A DNA stretch of 64,000 nucleotides from an uncultured Gammaproteobacteria bacterium. Lineage in GTDB: Bacteria > Patescibacteriota > Microgenomatia > Daviesbacterales > UBA10151. Location: contig CAZCNP010000006.1 in NCBI GenBank assembly GCA_964500725.1, forward strand, positions 3,634-67,633. Direction: 5' to 3'. The notes beneath the pieces were generated by a model. That model was given only the letters and a program-made list of their open reading frames with translations, was not told where the DNA came from and ran no database searches. Below, in pieces: positions 37,586 through 49,069 of the stretch. Numbering within the stretch: position 1 is the first letter of the stretch; each line of letters begins with the position of its first letter. The position numbers were made by a program, and so were the translations under genes.

Positions 37586-38350
37586 TTATATTTTTCGCCA
37601 GTCAGTTAATACCTCAGCCTTCTTTTCTCCCGCAATTACAGTCATCTCAAACAATCCTCCCCAAGACTTATCTGAAGAAAAAAAAGTCCAACCATCTTCT
37701 CCCAAAATCACATCTGGGCTTCCTTTAGTATAAATTACTTCTATTGCTAAAGTCATGCCGCTTTTTATTACTGGCCCAGTTCCAGATACTCCAACACCAG
37801 GTATTTCTGGATCTTCATGTAAGCTTCTTCCTACCCCATGCCCGACCAAACTTCTGACTACACTATAACCTGCCCCTTCAACTTTAGATTGAATGGCATG
37901 GGATATATCTCCGATTCTGTTGCCATCTACAGCTTGGTCTATGCCTAACCACAAAGCTTCTTCTCCTACTCGCAAAAACCTCTCTTTTTCCTTATCTTTA
38001 CCTACTAACACACTCCAGGCGCAATCTGTATGCCAACCTTTATACATAACTGCCAAATCAACGCTTACTAAATCTCCATTTACAAATTTTCTATTGGTTG
38101 GTATTCCGTGCACCACTTCATCGTTTACTGTAATACAAGTGGCATAATTGTATCCAGGTACAGTTTTATATGATAAATCCCCCCCTTGTTTATAAATCTC
38201 TTTTTCGACTGCTTTATCAACATCAATCTCTGAAACATCTGCCTTAACTGACTCCATCGCTCTTTTCAATGCCCTCGCTGAAATTTCACCTGATCTATAC
38301 ATCAGTTTCAGTTCATATTGATTTCTTGATTTCATCTTGAACCTTTTCAA
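37586..38350 (-). CDS. map: type I methionine aminopeptidase
   Basis: Metal ligands in DLVSVD, HGIP, and HGVGRSLHE. Confidence 0.9.
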   Translation of the reverse strand: MKRFKMKSRNQYELKLMYRSGEISARALKRAMESVKADVSEIDVDKAVEKEIYKQGGDLSYKTVPGYNYATCITVNDEVVHGIPTNRKFVNGDLVSVDLAVMYKGWHTDCAWSVLVGKDKEKERFLRVGEEALWLGIDQAVDGNRIGDISHAIQSKVEGAGYSVVRSLVGHGVGRSLHEDPEIPGVGVSGTGPVIKSGMTLAIEVIYTKGSPDVILGEDGWTFFSSDKSWGGLFEMTVIAGEKKAEVLTDWRKI

Positions 38351-38843
38351 TATCTCCTAATCCTTTAATTTCAACCAATTTGCCACTTTTTCGATAATGA
38401 TCTAGCAAAGCTGCAGTTTGTTTGTAATATAAGTCTAGGCGTCTTTTGATAAGTTCATAAGTATCATCTGCTCTACCCCTATTTAAAAGTCTTTTAATAA
38501 CTTCTTCCTCCGGAACATCTAGATAAATTACTTTATCAAAACCAGGATCGAAAATTTGTTGCTGCTCCACAGTTCTAGGATAACCATCCATCACAAACCC
38601 ATTTTGACAATCTTCCTCGCTCAATCTCTTTTTAACCACCTCTGCAGCTGTTTGATCATCTACCAGATGGCCTTGCCCTACAATGTTTCTGATCCTTTGC
38701 CCTTCTGGGCTATCTTCTTGTGATAGTTTTCTAAAAATATCACCTAAAGCAATCTTAGGTAAGTTTAAAAATTCTGCCAATAGATCTGCCTGGGTGGATT
38801 TACCGGAACCTTGAGGACCAATGAGTAGTATTTTCATAATCAT
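38313..38843 (-). CDS. adk: adenylate kinase (short form)
   Basis: P-loop GPQGSGKST; 176 aa. Confidence 0.9.
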   Translation of the reverse strand: MIMKILLIGPQGSGKSTQADLLAEFLNLPKIALGDIFRKLSQEDSPEGQRIRNIVGQGHLVDDQTAAEVVKKRLSEEDCQNGFVMDGYPRTVEQQQIFDPGFDKVIYLDVPEEEVIKRLLNRGRADDTYELIKRRLDLYYKQTAALLDHYRKSGKLVEIKGLGDIEKVQDEIKKSI

Positions 38844-40132
38844 CTTTTGGTAAATACCTCATAACTTCTTTCAATCAACTTACTCTCAAATTGCTTGGCT
38901 GTATCTAAAATGACTGATACTACAATTAAAAGTCCTGTTCCTCCCAATACTAAGGTTTGCAGGCCAGTAACCGAGGAGGCAATTGAAGGCAACACTGCAA
39001 TTGCTCCCAAAAAGAGCGCTCCAGCTAAAGTAATTCTTACCATAATATAGTTTAGAAAAGCTGCAGTCTGAGTACCAGGCCTGATTCCTGGAATAAATCC
39101 GCCATATTTTTTTATTTCATCTGAAACTTTAGTAGGATTAAAAATTACGGCTGTATAAAAAAAAGTAAAACCAACTACTAAAATAAAGTAAGTTGCATTG
39201 TATACAAAACTATTTGGATTAAAGTTCGTAGTTAAAAATCTACCAATAGAAGCTAGTTGTTGCTGAGGTAACCCAGCCAAATATGAACCGGCAAACGAAG
39301 GCACCAGCACTAACGAAACAGCAAAAATAATTGGGATCACTCCAGCTTGATTAACTCTTAAGGGAAGATAGGTCTGGGCTCCAGCTCCTCCCTCCCGGCC
39401 TCCTGTAAACCTTCTGGCATAAGCTACCTGAATCTGCCTCCTACCTTCATTTATAAATACCACTCCTGCCACCACCAGCACAGACAAGGCTGTAAAGATT
39501 AAAATATTTAACATCTGAGTTTGATCTACTACTGAGGCGGTTTGGGTTAATACAATCGGAACTCTGGAAACAATTCCAGCAAAAATCAGCAGAGAGATTC
39601 CATTACCAATACCATACTCCGTAATCAGCTCACCAATCCACATCAGGAAAATTGTTCCAGCAGTCATCCCTACAATAATGGCCATAATTTGCAAAGGGGT
39701 AACCTGAGTAATAATCCCCTGGTTTTTAAGCAATACAAACATTCCAATTGCCTGCAAAATTGCCAAGGGCACAGTTAAGTATCTGGTGTATTGATTGATA
39801 AGCTGTCTGCCCATCTCACCTTCTTTGGATAAAGCTTCCAGTTTTGGACTAATCATAGTCAAAAGCTGAAAAATTATTGAGGCATTAATATAAGGATTAA
39901 GACCTAAAGAAATAACTGAGAAGTTAGCCAGTGTTCCTCCGGAAAAAATATCCAAAAGCCCTAAAAATTGATTAGATGAGAAAAGTTCCTGCAATCCCTG
40001 CAGCTCTACCCCAGAAACAGGGATATGCGCGGCAATTCTAAAAATAATAACTAGGATAATGGTGACAATAATTTTTCTTCGCAGCTCTGCGATTTTGAAG
40101 GCATTTATAATCGGAGCAAAGATATTAGGCAT
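38840..40132 (-). CDS. secY: preprotein translocase subunit SecY
   Basis: Ten TM helices and SecY signature. Confidence 0.95.
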   Translation of the reverse strand: MPNIFAPIINAFKIAELRRKIIVTIILVIIFRIAAHIPVSGVELQGLQELFSSNQFLGLLDIFSGGTLANFSVISLGLNPYINASIIFQLLTMISPKLEALSKEGEMGRQLINQYTRYLTVPLAILQAIGMFVLLKNQGIITQVTPLQIMAIIVGMTAGTIFLMWIGELITEYGIGNGISLLIFAGIVSRVPIVLTQTASVVDQTQMLNILIFTALSVLVVAGVVFINEGRRQIQVAYARRFTGGREGGAGAQTYLPLRVNQAGVIPIIFAVSLVLVPSFAGSYLAGLPQQQLASIGRFLTTNFNPNSFVYNATYFILVVGFTFFYTAVIFNPTKVSDEIKKYGGFIPGIRPGTQTAAFLNYIMVRITLAGALFLGAIAVLPSIASSVTGLQTLVLGGTGLLIVVSVILDTAKQFESKLIERSYEVFTKR

Positions 40133-40565
40133 TTTCTACTTTCCCACCCGCTTTTTCAATCTTTTTTTGGGCAGATCCTGAAACAGGAAGTTTAATTGTT
40201 AATGCAGCAGATATCTCCCCTCCACCTAAAATTTTTACTCCTTTTGCTGCATCTTTGGCGGAAATAATTTTTACCTCAAGCAGCTTTGCCATGTCAACAA
40301 CTTCTTTACCTTTGAAAATATTGAGCTGACTAAGTGTTAAAGTTTTTGGCTTTGCTGATATTTTTGGATTACCCTTTCCCCGTCTTAAAGGTAATTTTCT
40401 GTAGAGCGAAAGACTGCCGGTGAAAGTAGCTGGAATTGTGCCTCTGGCTTTTTGACCTTTAGTTCCACGTCCAGCAGTTTTTCCCTTACCAGAGCCCAAA
40501 CCCTGTCCAACTCTTTTTTTAGTTTTTGTTTTTACTTTTAATAATTGATGTAGTTTCATTTCCAT
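40125..40565 (-). CDS. rplO: 50S ribosomal protein L15
   Basis: [22 protein letters not shown]. Confidence 0.9.
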   Translation of the reverse strand: MEMKLHQLLKVKTKTKKRVGQGLGSGKGKTAGRGTKGQKARGTIPATFTGSLSLYRKLPLRRGKGNPKISAKPKTLTLSQLNIFKGKEVVDMAKLLEVKIISAKDAAKGVKILGGGEISAALTIKLPVSGSAQKKIEKAGGKVENA

Positions 40566-40999
40566 ACCTTTCTTAATTTACCTAATGCCTCCAAGGTAGC
40601 ATAAACATTAGAAGCTCTGTTTTTAGTACCCAATATTTTGGAGACAATATCATGTATCCCGGCAGCCTCTACCACAACCCTGACTGCTCCACCAGCGATT
40701 ACTCCTGTACCCACTGGAGCAGGCTTTAACAATACTTTGGCTGCGCCATTTTTTATAAATACTTGGTGGGGGATAGTTCTTCCTTTTAAAGGCACCTCAA
40801 TTAAATGTTTTTTTGCATAAGACGTAGCTTTCCTGACTGCAGACTGCACCTCGGCTGCTTTTCCTAAGCCTACTCCTACCTTTCCTTTTCTGTCTCCTAC
40901 CACTACCAAAACAGACAGGGATCTTTTATCCCCACCTTTAGTTTTTTTCGATACTCTGTTAACCTGAACTACTCTTTCAAAAAACTCCTGTGGTTCCAT
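40556..40999 (-). CDS. rpsE: 30S ribosomal protein S5
   Basis: S5 dsRBD and C-terminal domain. Overlaps the rplO start, so there is no L30 gene between them. Confidence 0.95.
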   Translation of the reverse strand: MEPQEFFERVVQVNRVSKKTKGGDKRSLSVLVVVGDRKGKVGVGLGKAAEVQSAVRKATSYAKKHLIEVPLKGRTIPHQVFIKNGAAKVLLKPAPVGTGVIAGGAVRVVVEAAGIHDIVSKILGTKNRASNVYATLEALGKLRKVWK

Positions 41000-41334
41000 T
41001 AAAATTCTAAACCTCCTTCTCTTGCGCCTTTACTAAGCTCTGCTATTCTACCATGGTATAAAAATCCTCCCCTGTCAAATACTACTTTTTTTACTTTTAA
41101 TTTTAAGGCTTTCTCAGCCAATTGTTTACCTACCTCATAGGCCTTTTTTGTTTTTTGCACTTTTGCTAGCTTAAGATCGTTTGTAGCTGCTAAGGTTTTA
41201 CTGGCTTGGTCATCAATAATTTGGGCATAGATATGTTTGCCAGAACGAAATACTGCCAACCTTGGGCGGTCTTTAGTTCCAACTATCTTTTTTCTCACTT
41301 TTTGATGTTTTCTTTCCCTTAACTCTTTTATCAT
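40999..41334 (-). CDS. rplR: 50S ribosomal protein L18
   Basis: L18 core. Confidence 0.9.
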   Translation of the reverse strand: MIKELRERKHQKVRKKIVGTKDRPRLAVFRSGKHIYAQIIDDQASKTLAATNDLKLAKVQKTKKAYEVGKQLAEKALKLKVKKVVFDRGGFLYHGRIAELSKGAREGGLEF

Positions 41335-41349
41335 AATATTTTAGATTTA

Positions 41350-41916
41350 TTATTTACCTCCTCCAGCTGCGCCAGTTCCTACTTTAGCACTCTTACCTAC
41401 TTTCTTTCTGATATACTCTCCTGCGTATCTTATTCCCTTACCCTTATACACATCTGGCACTCTGACTTTTTTAACATTAGCAGCTACTTGTCCAACCAGC
41501 TGCCTGTCTATCCCCGATACTTTAATCTTAGTATTTTCTACTACCTCAAAAGTTACCCCTTCCGGAGCAACTACCTCAACAGGATGAGAATAACCCACAT
41601 TTAGTATTAGCTTACTTCCCGCTGCCTGAGCCCTAAATCCCACCCCCACTAGCTCTAAATCTTTACTCCATAAACTTGTCACCCCTGTTACCATGTTGGC
41701 AATAAGACTGTTTGTTAAACCGTGTAAAGCTTTTACTCTTTTTTGCTCACTGCCTCTTTTGACTATAACTTTACCTCCTTCAACTTCTACCTCAATCGAA
41801 GGATCCACGCTTAGTGTTAAAGTACCTTTTGGTCCGTTGACACTAACCATCCTTCCAGTTTTTGAAACCGTAACTCCTGCAGGTATATCAATCAGTGCAT
41901 TTCCTATTCTACTCAT
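41350..41916 (-). CDS. rplF: 50S ribosomal protein L6
   Basis: MSRIGNALIDIP. Confidence 0.95.
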   Translation of the reverse strand: MSRIGNALIDIPAGVTVSKTGRMVSVNGPKGTLTLSVDPSIEVEVEGGKVIVKRGSEQKRVKALHGLTNSLIANMVTGVTSLWSKDLELVGVGFRAQAAGSKLILNVGYSHPVEVVAPEGVTFEVVENTKIKVSGIDRQLVGQVAANVKKVRVPDVYKGKGIRYAGEYIRKKVGKSAKVGTGAAGGGK

Positions 41917-41923
41917 ATGTTGT

Positions 41924-42298
41924 TTACCAAACTAAGGCAACTACCTCTCCTCCTACTTTTGATTTGCGTGCATCAGTATCAGTCATAAGACCCTTAGGAG
42001 TGGAGATAATTGCAACACCTAAACCATTTAGCACTGATGGCAACTCTTTGACTCCTTTATAGATTCTCAAGCCCGGCTTAGAAACTCTTTTAACATCAGT
42101 TAATGCTGGGATTCTGGAGTTGTATTTCAAGGTAACTACAATTTCTCTTTCTTTTTTATCAGCACTTTCAAGATACCCTTCTTTTTTCAAAAGCTCTGTT
42201 AGTTTCCAAACTAGGTTGGAAAATCTTAATGGAACCGTAGTTTTACCTACTTGGTAACCATTTTTTATTCTAATTAATGCATCAGCAACGGTATCCAT
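41924..42298 (-). CDS. rpsH: 30S ribosomal protein S8
   Basis: MDTVADALIRIKNG. Confidence 0.95.
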   Translation of the reverse strand: MDTVADALIRIKNGYQVGKTTVPLRFSNLVWKLTELLKKEGYLESADKKEREIVVTLKYNSRIPALTDVKRVSKPGLRIYKGVKELPSVLNGLGVAIISTPKGLMTDTDARKSKVGGEVVALVW

Positions 42299-42301
42299 TT
42301 T

Positions 42302-42481
42302 TTACCAGCTCGCTTTCTTCACACCTGGCAATAGACCAAGATGCGCCAATTCTCTAAAACAGAGCCTGCAAAGTCCAAATTTCCTGATGTATCCTCGTGG
42401 TCTACCACATCGCATACAGCGGCTTTTCTTTTGAACTTCATATTTAAAATTATCTTTAACAATATTACTTACTTTAGCCAT
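42302..42481 (-). CDS. rpsZ: 30S ribosomal protein S14 type Z (59 aa, zinc-binding; not in the ORF track)
   Basis: [59 protein letters not shown]. Confidence 0.9.
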   Translation of the reverse strand: MAKVSNIVKDNFKYEVQKKSRCMRCGRPRGYIRKFGLCRLCFRELAHLGLLPGVKKASW

Positions 42482-42572
42482 ATTAGTCGCTCCGCTCCAA
42501 TGTATAATTGAAAATGTAAAATGTAAAATTATTTTTCATAGTTTTTAATTGTAAATTGTACATTGTAAATTA

Positions 42573-43112
42573 TTAATTTCTAAATGGCATTCCTAAATAT
42601 TCCAACAGCTTTCTGCCTTCCTCTTTAGTCTTTGCAGTAGTTGCAATAGTAATTGCCAAACCCCTTGTTTTATCTACACTCTTATAGTCAACCTCAGGAA
42701 AAATAATCTGTTCCCTCAAACCAATATTTAAATTTCCATTACTGTCAAAAGAGTTAGGAGAAATACCTTTAAAGTCCCTAACCTTAGGCAAAACAATATT
42801 AACTAACTTATCTAAGAAAGCATACATTTTATCACCTCTTAAAGTCACCATCATCCCAATAGGTTGACCTTTTGAAACTTTAAAAGAAGCAATTGATTTT
42901 TTAGCCTTAGTAACTACAGGGTTTTGACCAGCTAGTTGAGATAAATAAACTTTTACCTTATCTAACACCCCGGCATTTTCTTTAGCCTCGCCCAAACCAA
43001 TACTAATAACAGCCTTTTCCACCGTTGGAACTGCCATACTATTTTTAAAACTAAACTCTTTTTGCAATTTTTCTCTAACTTCTTTTAGATATTTTTCTTT
43101 AAGCCTTTGCAT
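42573..43112 (-). CDS. rplE: 50S ribosomal protein L5
   Basis: L5 core. Confidence 0.95.
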   Translation of the reverse strand: MQRLKEKYLKEVREKLQKEFSFKNSMAVPTVEKAVISIGLGEAKENAGVLDKVKVYLSQLAGQNPVVTKAKKSIASFKVSKGQPIGMMVTLRGDKMYAFLDKLVNIVLPKVRDFKGISPNSFDSNGNLNIGLREQIIFPEVDYKSVDKTRGLAITIATTAKTKEEGRKLLEYLGMPFRN

Positions 43113-43422
43113 TGGTTATCTCCTTTTTGCACTTATGACAAACTCTTACTTTTTCATTTCCTACTAACTTAAATCCTACTCTGGTAACTTTATTGCAGTT
43201 AGGACAAATTAAAGCAACATTTGATATATCCATAGGTTTAGGGATATCAATAATCCCACCCTGCATATCTTTGTACTTTCTAACATGCCTTTTGTAAAGA
43301 TTTGCCCCGCCAACAAAAATTTTACTTTCTTTGCCTCGCACATGTTCAACCTTGCCTTCTTTGCCTCGATCTTTACCTAAAAGTATTTTTACCTTGTCAC
43401 CTTTTTTTATCTTCATTACCAT
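43099..43422 (-). CDS. rplX: 50S ribosomal protein L24 (C-terminal CxxC...CxxC zinc-ribbon-like tail)
   Basis: [20 protein letters not shown] ... [12 protein letters not shown]...VCHKCKKEI. Confidence 0.9.
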   Translation of the reverse strand: MVMKIKKGDKVKILLGKDRGKEGKVEHVRGKESKIFVGGANLYKRHVRKYKDMQGGIIDIPKPMDISNVALICPNCNKVTRVGFKLVGNEKVRVCHKCKKEITNAKA

Positions 43423-43784
43423 ACCTCCTGGGCAAGTGAAATAATTTTTGTATAGCCTGCATCTCGCACTTCTCTGGCAATAGGACCAAAAATACGAGTA
43501 GCCCTTAAATTCCCATCATTATCAATGATAACGCCTGCGTTATCATCAAACTTGATATAGGAACCATCAACCCTTCTTACTTCTTTTTTAGTCCTGACAA
43601 TGACAACTTTTACTATCTCATGATCTTTTACCTGTCCATTAGGATCTGCTCCTTTAACCACCCCGACCACTTTTTGTCCTAAAGTAGCCTTTCTTTTGCC
43701 TGATCCTCCTAAAGGCTGAATCACAGCAATTGATTTTGCTCCACTATTGTCTGCAACTGTTAATCTTGTTCTGTGTTGAACCAT
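43416..43784 (-). CDS. rplN: 50S ribosomal protein L14
   Basis: [17 protein letters not shown]. Confidence 0.95.
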   Translation of the reverse strand: MVQHRTRLTVADNSGAKSIAVIQPLGGSGKRKATLGQKVVGVVKGADPNGQVKDHEIVKVVIVRTKKEVRRVDGSYIKFDDNAGVIIDNDGNLRATRIFGPIAREVRDAGYTKIISLAQEVW

Positions 43785-43786
43785 AC

Positions 43787-44188
43787 CTATTTAGTCTCCT
43801 TTTTCTTTCTAGCCTGCTTTTTTGGCGCTTCAGAAATTTCTTTTACCGGTTCTGCAGAAGCTTCCTGAGCGACTATTTCTTTTTGATCTTCTTTCTCTTC
43901 CGGCATTACTTCAGCTATAACTTTTTCAGCTGCTTCTTTTTGTTGCGCTTCGACAATTTCTGCTAAGTTTTTACCTACTACTTTGACAATGCTCCAATGT
44001 TTATTTTTCGAAATTGGTCTTACCTTGACTATTTCCACTATATCTCCCATCTTTACCCCAATTGAATCATGAACCAATATATTTTTAGATCTTAAGAAAG
44101 TCTTTTTATATAAAGGATGTACTGCTACCCTTTCTATTAAAACTGTAGCTGTTTTTTGAGCTTTTGCTGATATGACTCTTCCTATCAT
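43787..44188 (-). CDS. rpsQ: 30S ribosomal protein S17 (with roughly 50-aa acidic/Lys-rich C-terminal extension)
   Basis: S17 OB-fold, then the tail [23 protein letters not shown]... Confidence 0.9.
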   Translation of the reverse strand: MIGRVISAKAQKTATVLIERVAVHPLYKKTFLRSKNILVHDSIGVKMGDIVEIVKVRPISKNKHWSIVKVVGKNLAEIVEAQQKEAAEKVIAEVMPEEKEDQKEIVAQEASAEPVKEISEAPKKQARKKKETK

Positions 44189-44466
44189 TTTTTCTCCTTT
44201 TCTACTTTAGACCCTGTGGTTACTTTTTTGGTCTCTGTTTTGCTTTCAGCTTTTGACTCCAATTGAGCTAGCAACTCTTTTTGTCTGATCATAGTCAAAA
44301 TCTGAGCTAAATCTTTTTTCTTTTTTGCAATCACTTTGACATCTTTTAGCTTTTTCATATTTTTATCCAAAACCAAAGCAGCAATTCCTTCTCTCAAAGG
44401 TTTTACTTTAAGCTTTAATTGCTCTAAATCTAATCCTTTAATTTCTACAAATTCGTTTTTTTTCAT
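44185..44466 (-). CDS. rpmC: 50S ribosomal protein L29 (C-terminally extended)
   Basis: L29 helical core plus Lys-rich tail. Confidence 0.85.
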   Translation of the reverse strand: MKKNEFVEIKGLDLEQLKLKVKPLREGIAALVLDKNMKKLKDVKVIAKKKKDLAQILTMIRQKELLAQLESKAESKTETKKVTTGSKVEKEKK

Positions 44467-44876
44467 ATTCTCTCCACAAATTTAGTATCTACTGGCAACT
44501 TATGTGAAGCAAGTCTCAATGCTTCTTCTGCTATTTCTTTGGCAACAGCTCCCATCTCAAATATTAAGCTACCTGGTTTTACCACTGCCACATACCCTTC
44601 CACATCACCTTTTCCAGAACCCATTCTAGATTCAGCAGGATGTTTGGTAATTGGCTTATCAGGAAAAACTCTAATCCAAATACGTCCACCTCTTTGGGTA
44701 AAATGAGCCATAGCTCGCCTGGCTGATTCCAGCTGTCTGGCTGTAATAAACCCAGCCTCCATTGATTTTAGACCAAAAGCACCAAAGGCTAAGCTGTTTC
44801 CTCTGGTAGCTACACCACCTCTGGTGCCTTTAAAAGTTTTTCTATATTTAGTTCGTTTTGGTTGTAGTAGTGCCAT
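44463..44876 (-). CDS. rplP: 50S ribosomal protein L16
   Basis: L16 core. Confidence 0.95.
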   Translation of the reverse strand: MALLQPKRTKYRKTFKGTRGGVATRGNSLAFGAFGLKSMEAGFITARQLESARRAMAHFTQRGGRIWIRVFPDKPITKHPAESRMGSGKGDVEGYVAVVKPGSLIFEMGAVAKEIAEEALRLASHKLPVDTKFVERI

Positions 44877-44877
44877 A

Positions 44878-45519
44878 TTATATCTCCACCTCTCCTTTGT
44901 TAATCCAAACCTTTACTCCGACATACCCAGATTTAGTCAAAGCAGGGTAAGCTGCAAAGTCTATATCAGCTCTGAGTGTATGTAAAGGCATAGATCCAGC
45001 AGCTTTCCACTCTCTTCTTGCAATTTCAGCTCCACCAATTCTACCAGACAAAACAACTCTGACTCCTTTTGCTCCAGACCTCATTGCTCTTTCGATTGCC
45101 TGATTCATCACTCTTTGTGCAGGCAATCTTCTAGCCAATTGTTCCGCTACTGATTGAGCAACTAAATAGGCAACAGCGTCTGCTGACTTTAACTCCATCG
45201 GAGCCACCTCTAAACCGTTATCGCTTTTGATTTTTAATTCCTTCATTAAATATTTTTTAATTTCAGTTAAACCTGTTCCGCCTCGTCCAATTAAGACTCC
45301 GGGGCGGGAAACATAAATTAATACTTTTAATTTATTAACAGCTCTTTCGATTTCAACAGAACCAATACCTGCTTTGGCTAATTTTTTCATCAAAAGATCG
45401 CGAATCTTTAAATCCTCCAAGACATATTGTTGGTACTTTGCGCCACGAGCAAACCATCGGGACTTCCAAGTTGCCCCTATGCCCATTCTAAAACCTACTG
45501 GATGTATCTTTTGTCCCAT
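44878..45519 (-). CDS. rpsC: 30S ribosomal protein S3
   Basis: [13 protein letters not shown] and KH domain. Confidence 0.95.
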   Translation of the reverse strand: MGQKIHPVGFRMGIGATWKSRWFARGAKYQQYVLEDLKIRDLLMKKLAKAGIGSVEIERAVNKLKVLIYVSRPGVLIGRGGTGLTEIKKYLMKELKIKSDNGLEVAPMELKSADAVAYLVAQSVAEQLARRLPAQRVMNQAIERAMRSGAKGVRVVLSGRIGGAEIARREWKAAGSMPLHTLRADIDFAAYPALTKSGYVGVKVWINKGEVEI

Positions 45520-45914
45520 TATTTTTTCTCCTTTATTTCTGTTTTTTCAGTCTTAACATCAGTTTTGATTTTTGAATTTTGAATTTTATCATCCGTTAGG
45601 ATGATCTTAATATGGCTCATTCTTCTTTTATATGGTTTAACCCTTCCTCTGGTACCTGCTCTGAAACGGCGCATCTTTGTACTTTCATTTATTTCAATTT
45701 TCTGAAAAATAATCTTTTGCAAATTCACACCTTGTTGTTTGGCATTTGCTAACACTGTTTGTATTGCCTTTTGCAAATCACGGGCTGCAGCTTGCGGTGT
45801 AATTTCCAAAACAGAGATTGCCTTTTCAGGGGCCATTTTTCTTACCATATCAGCCACCAACCTAAGTTTTCTAGGGCTGGTATGCATATATTTTTGTATT
45901 GTCGTAATTTCCAT
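45519..45914 (-). CDS. rplV: 50S ribosomal protein L22
   Basis: L22 core. Confidence 0.9.
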   Translation of the reverse strand: MEITTIQKYMHTSPRKLRLVADMVRKMAPEKAISVLEITPQAAARDLQKAIQTVLANAKQQGVNLQKIIFQKIEINESTKMRRFRAGTRGRVKPYKRRMSHIKIILTDDKIQNSKIKTDVKTEKTEIKEKK

Positions 45915-45920
45915 ATAATT

Positions 45921-46205
45921 TTATGTCTTTGCTGTACTTTTCTCTGTTACCTTTCCATGACCTCTAAATATTCTGGTAGGAGCAAATTCGCCTAATCTGT
46001 GTCCTACCATTGATTCGCTTACATACACTGTTACAAAGTTTTTACCTTGATGAACCAAAAAAGTATGTCCCACAAACTCAGGTGGAATTTGTGATTTCCT
46101 GGCCCAAGTTTTAATTGGGTTTTTTGGACCACTAGCCTTTTGGGCTTGCACTTTTTTCATTAACTTTTCATCAATAAACGGTCCTTTTTTTGTTGATCTT
46201 GCCAT
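45921..46205 (-). CDS. rpsS: 30S ribosomal protein S19
   Basis: [12 protein letters not shown]. Confidence 0.95.
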   Translation of the reverse strand: MARSTKKGPFIDEKLMKKVQAQKASGPKNPIKTWARKSQIPPEFVGHTFLVHQGKNFVTVYVSESMVGHRLGEFAPTRIFRGHGKVTEKSTAKT

Positions 46206-46966
46206 TATTTTCTCCTTTTAACTATATATTTACTTGTCCACTTCTTTTTATTTCTGGTTTTACCGACAGCAGGACGGCCATATTTGGTCATTGGTCTTTT
46301 TCTTCCAATTCCGCTTCTTCCTTCTCCTCCTCCATGAGGATGAGAATCAGGATCCTGAGCCACACCTCTGACAGTTGGTTTAATACCCATATGACGGGAT
46401 CTGCCCGCTTTTCCTAAAACTCTTTGCCTGATTTCTTCATTACCTAAAACACCAACTGTTGCCATCGACTCCAAAGGAACCATTCTAACCTCTCCTGATG
46501 GCATTTTCAAATGGGCAAATTCTCCCTCTTTGGCAAGCAATTGTATAGCCATTCCAGCGCTGCGCCCTAATTGCCCGCCTCGGCCAGGTCGGAGCTCCAC
46601 ATTATGCACCAAAGCTCCAACTGTTATATTTTTAAGCTTCATGCTATTGCCAGTCTTTGCCTCAACTTTATCTCCAGAAATAACTTTATCTCCAAGGGAA
46701 ATTCCTTTTGGAGCCAAAATGTATCTGTATTCACCGTCTGCATATTTTATAAGGGCAATATCAACATTTCTGTTAGGATCGTATTCTAAAGAGGCTACCT
46801 CACCCGAAACCCCAAACTTATCTCTTTTAAAATCAATTTCTCTGTAGTATCTCTTGTGCCTTCCTCCCTGGCCACGAACAGTCACCACTCCTCCAGAGCG
46901 TCCTGAATGCTTTTTTAATAATCTTTTTAGTCCTCTTGTGCCGTTAACAGACAATGCTTGATTCAT
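46205..46966 (-). CDS. rplB: 50S ribosomal protein L2
   Basis: L2 core and GGGEGR motif. Confidence 0.95.
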   Translation of the reverse strand: MNQALSVNGTRGLKRLLKKHSGRSGGVVTVRGQGGRHKRYYREIDFKRDKFGVSGEVASLEYDPNRNVDIALIKYADGEYRYILAPKGISLGDKVISGDKVEAKTGNSMKLKNITVGALVHNVELRPGRGGQLGRSAGMAIQLLAKEGEFAHLKMPSGEVRMVPLESMATVGVLGNEEIRQRVLGKAGRSRHMGIKPTVRGVAQDPDSHPHGGGEGRSGIGRKRPMTKYGRPAVGKTRNKKKWTSKYIVKRRK

Positions 46967-46967
46967 A

Positions 46968-47396
46968 TTATTTGCCAGTAATAACCTTTCTTTGGGTTGT
47001 TGGGGCAGCCCCTACTGCGCTTTTTTCTACTTTAACTTTAGTTCTTCCTAAAATATCTTTCTTCTCTTTCAATTTTATTGGTTCTCCTTCAGCTGTTGTG
47101 ACTGTTACCTCTTCTTTTGGTGTTTCAAAAATGGCAATCTTTTGACCCCTCCCAACTTGAACTAAAGCTTTTTTCAAACCTGATGTTTTAAAAGTTTTTC
47201 TCACTCTTTTCTGCGATTTTGTTTTACCTTTTACGTTTATTACTTTGACTTTTAAAACTTTCACATTAAATCTTTGGGCCACTTCTTTTGCAACTTGTGG
47301 TTTAGTAGCATCTTTGTCTACCTCAAAGGTGTATAAACCACCTTGAGCTAGTTTCATAGATTTTTCAGTAATAAGAGGTTGTTTTATAATAATCAT
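46968..47396 (-). CDS. rplW: 50S ribosomal protein L23 (C-terminally extended, 142 aa)
   Basis: N-terminal L23 fold plus roughly 45-aa extension. Confidence 0.85.
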   Translation of the reverse strand: MIIIKQPLITEKSMKLAQGGLYTFEVDKDATKPQVAKEVAQRFNVKVLKVKVINVKGKTKSQKRVRKTFKTSGLKKALVQVGRGQKIAIFETPKEEVTVTTAEGEPIKLKEKKDILGRTKVKVEKSAVGAAPTTQRKVITGK

Positions 47397-48094
47397 TTTT
47401 GCGCTCCTTTAACAGCCTTAACCTTACCAGCTGCAGATTCTTCTGCTGGCTTGCCAATTTTTTCCACTGCTTCTTTAGCAATAAATAGGAAGTTATGCTT
47501 TAAAACCTCATAAGCATTAATTAAGTTCACAGGCAAAACATTTATTCCTGGAATATTTCTGGCAGCCCTTACCACATTATCTTGCTTTTCTCCAGTCACA
47601 ATTAAGGCGCTAGTTTGTTTTTTATCTCCTTTGTATACACTGGTTAATATTTTGGCTACCAAACCAGCCATTTCTTTAGTCTTACCTGAAGCTTTATCCA
47701 AGCCAGCTAAACCGATGGTATTTTGTTCAGCTGCTTTGGCAGAAAGGGCTGCAATGAGAGCAGCTTTTTTCATCTTTTTTGGCAAATCTAATCTGATTTT
47801 TCTAGGTTTAGGACCAAACACAATACCTCCACCAACAAATATAGGGGCACGAATTGCACCATGTCTTGCTCTACCAGTTCCTTTTTGTCTATAGATTTTG
47901 GCGGTAGAACCTACAACCTCACCGCGAGTCTTTGTGGAAGCGTTCAAGCTTTTTTGATTAGTTAGATAAACTCTGGCTGCTTGGGCTAATAAATCTTTAT
48001 TAACTTTTTGGCCAAAAATTTCTTTTGGTAAAGCCAAAGTCCCAGTTTCTTTACCTGTTAAAGAATAGACAGGAATGGATAAATTAACTGGCAT
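47393..48094 (-). CDS. rplD: 50S ribosomal protein L4
   Basis: L4 core. Confidence 0.9.
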   Translation of the reverse strand: MPVNLSIPVYSLTGKETGTLALPKEIFGQKVNKDLLAQAARVYLTNQKSLNASTKTRGEVVGSTAKIYRQKGTGRARHGAIRAPIFVGGGIVFGPKPRKIRLDLPKKMKKAALIAALSAKAAEQNTIGLAGLDKASGKTKEMAGLVAKILTSVYKGDKKQTSALIVTGEKQDNVVRAARNIPGINVLPVNLINAYEVLKHNFLFIAKEAVEKIGKPAEESAAGKVKAVKGAQK

Positions 48095-48797
48095 TTTCTT
48101 TTGACTCCTCTTGCTTTTGTTCTACGGAAACATTTTCTTGGTTTTCTTCTGGTTTTTCCTCAGGTGGAGGAGTATAACCTTTCACTCTTCCTAACTTGGT
48201 TACTGTTACCAACCCGCCTACTGGTCCAGGGACTGCGCCTTTTACTAAAAGTAGATTATTTGCTCTATCAACACCTACTACTTCTAAATTCTTAACGCTC
48301 ACTGCCTCTGCTCCCATGTGTCCTGCCATCTTTTTGCCTTTATAAACTCTACCTGGGGTAGTACCAGAACCAATAGCACCTGGGGCTCTTAGTCTATCTG
48401 ACTGACCGTGGGTCTTTGGGCCACCATGAAAACCATGACGTCTGACTCCGCCTTGAAAGCCTTTACCTTTGGAAATGCCACTTACTTTAACTGAGTCTCC
48501 TCTAGAAAAAACCTGGTTCAGTTTAATTTCTGTTCCAGGTTTTAAATCTTGTTGTTCCTCTGTTGCCTTAACTTCTCTAAACCATCTAATCTTTTGGTCA
48601 AGACCAGCTTTTTTGGCATGTCCAATTTGAGGTTTTTTAACAGACTTTTTAGTACCAAACCCGAGTTGGACAGAAGCTGGATTAAGTTGGGTAACAAAAT
48701 TTGGAGAAATTTCCACCGCAGTTGCTCCCACCCTTCTGCCACGGGAATCATATGTGCTGGTCATTTCCTTTTTAATTCCTAATAAGCTATTTATCAT
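48084..48797 (-). CDS. rplC: 50S ribosomal protein L3 (acidic C-terminal extension)
   Basis: Probable ATG 48797 (MINSLLGIKKEMTSTY; compare E. coli MIGLVGKKVGMTRIF). Track start 48842 is an upstream extension. Confidence 0.9.
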   Translation of the reverse strand: MINSLLGIKKEMTSTYDSRGRRVGATAVEISPNFVTQLNPASVQLGFGTKKSVKKPQIGHAKKAGLDQKIRWFREVKATEEQQDLKPGTEIKLNQVFSRGDSVKVSGISKGKGFQGGVRRHGFHGGPKTHGQSDRLRAPGAIGSGTTPGRVYKGKKMAGHMGAEAVSVKNLEVVGVDRANNLLLVKGAVPGPVGGLVTVTKLGRVKGYTPPPEEKPEENQENVSVEQKQEESKENAS

Positions 48798-48948
48798 ATT
48801 TAATCCAACAAAAAGAGTGAGGCCCATTACTGGAACTCTCACTCAGTATTTCGCTTTTTCGAACCGCCGTATCGTTTTTAGACGCGCGATCTACTGAAAA
48901 TCTAACTAATGTTAAATTAACCTGACTTTAATGTCATGCTCTCAAGAG

Positions 48949-48978
48949 ATTCTAACACAAGCTCATGCCTAAATGCAA
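48949..48978 (-). promoter_or_regulatory. candidate promoter for rplC and downstream genes (S10 operon split here)
   Basis: Minus strand TTGCAT (48978-73), 17-nt spacer, TTAGAAT (48955-49). Confidence 0.35.
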
Positions 48979-48996
48979 GCTAGCTTAAATAGGGTA

Positions 48997-49026
48997 TTGA
49001 CATTAGGGTTTTATTAGGGTATAAAT
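48997..49026 (+). promoter_or_regulatory. candidate sigma70-type promoter for the DUF3276 gene
   Basis: TTGACA (48997-49002), 17-nt spacer, TATAAAT (49020-26). AAGGGGGTG RBS precedes ATG 49070. Confidence 0.5.
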
Positions 49027-49069
49027 ATTTTTAGGTACGAGTAACTTAGGAAGGGGGTGAGCAAAAGAT

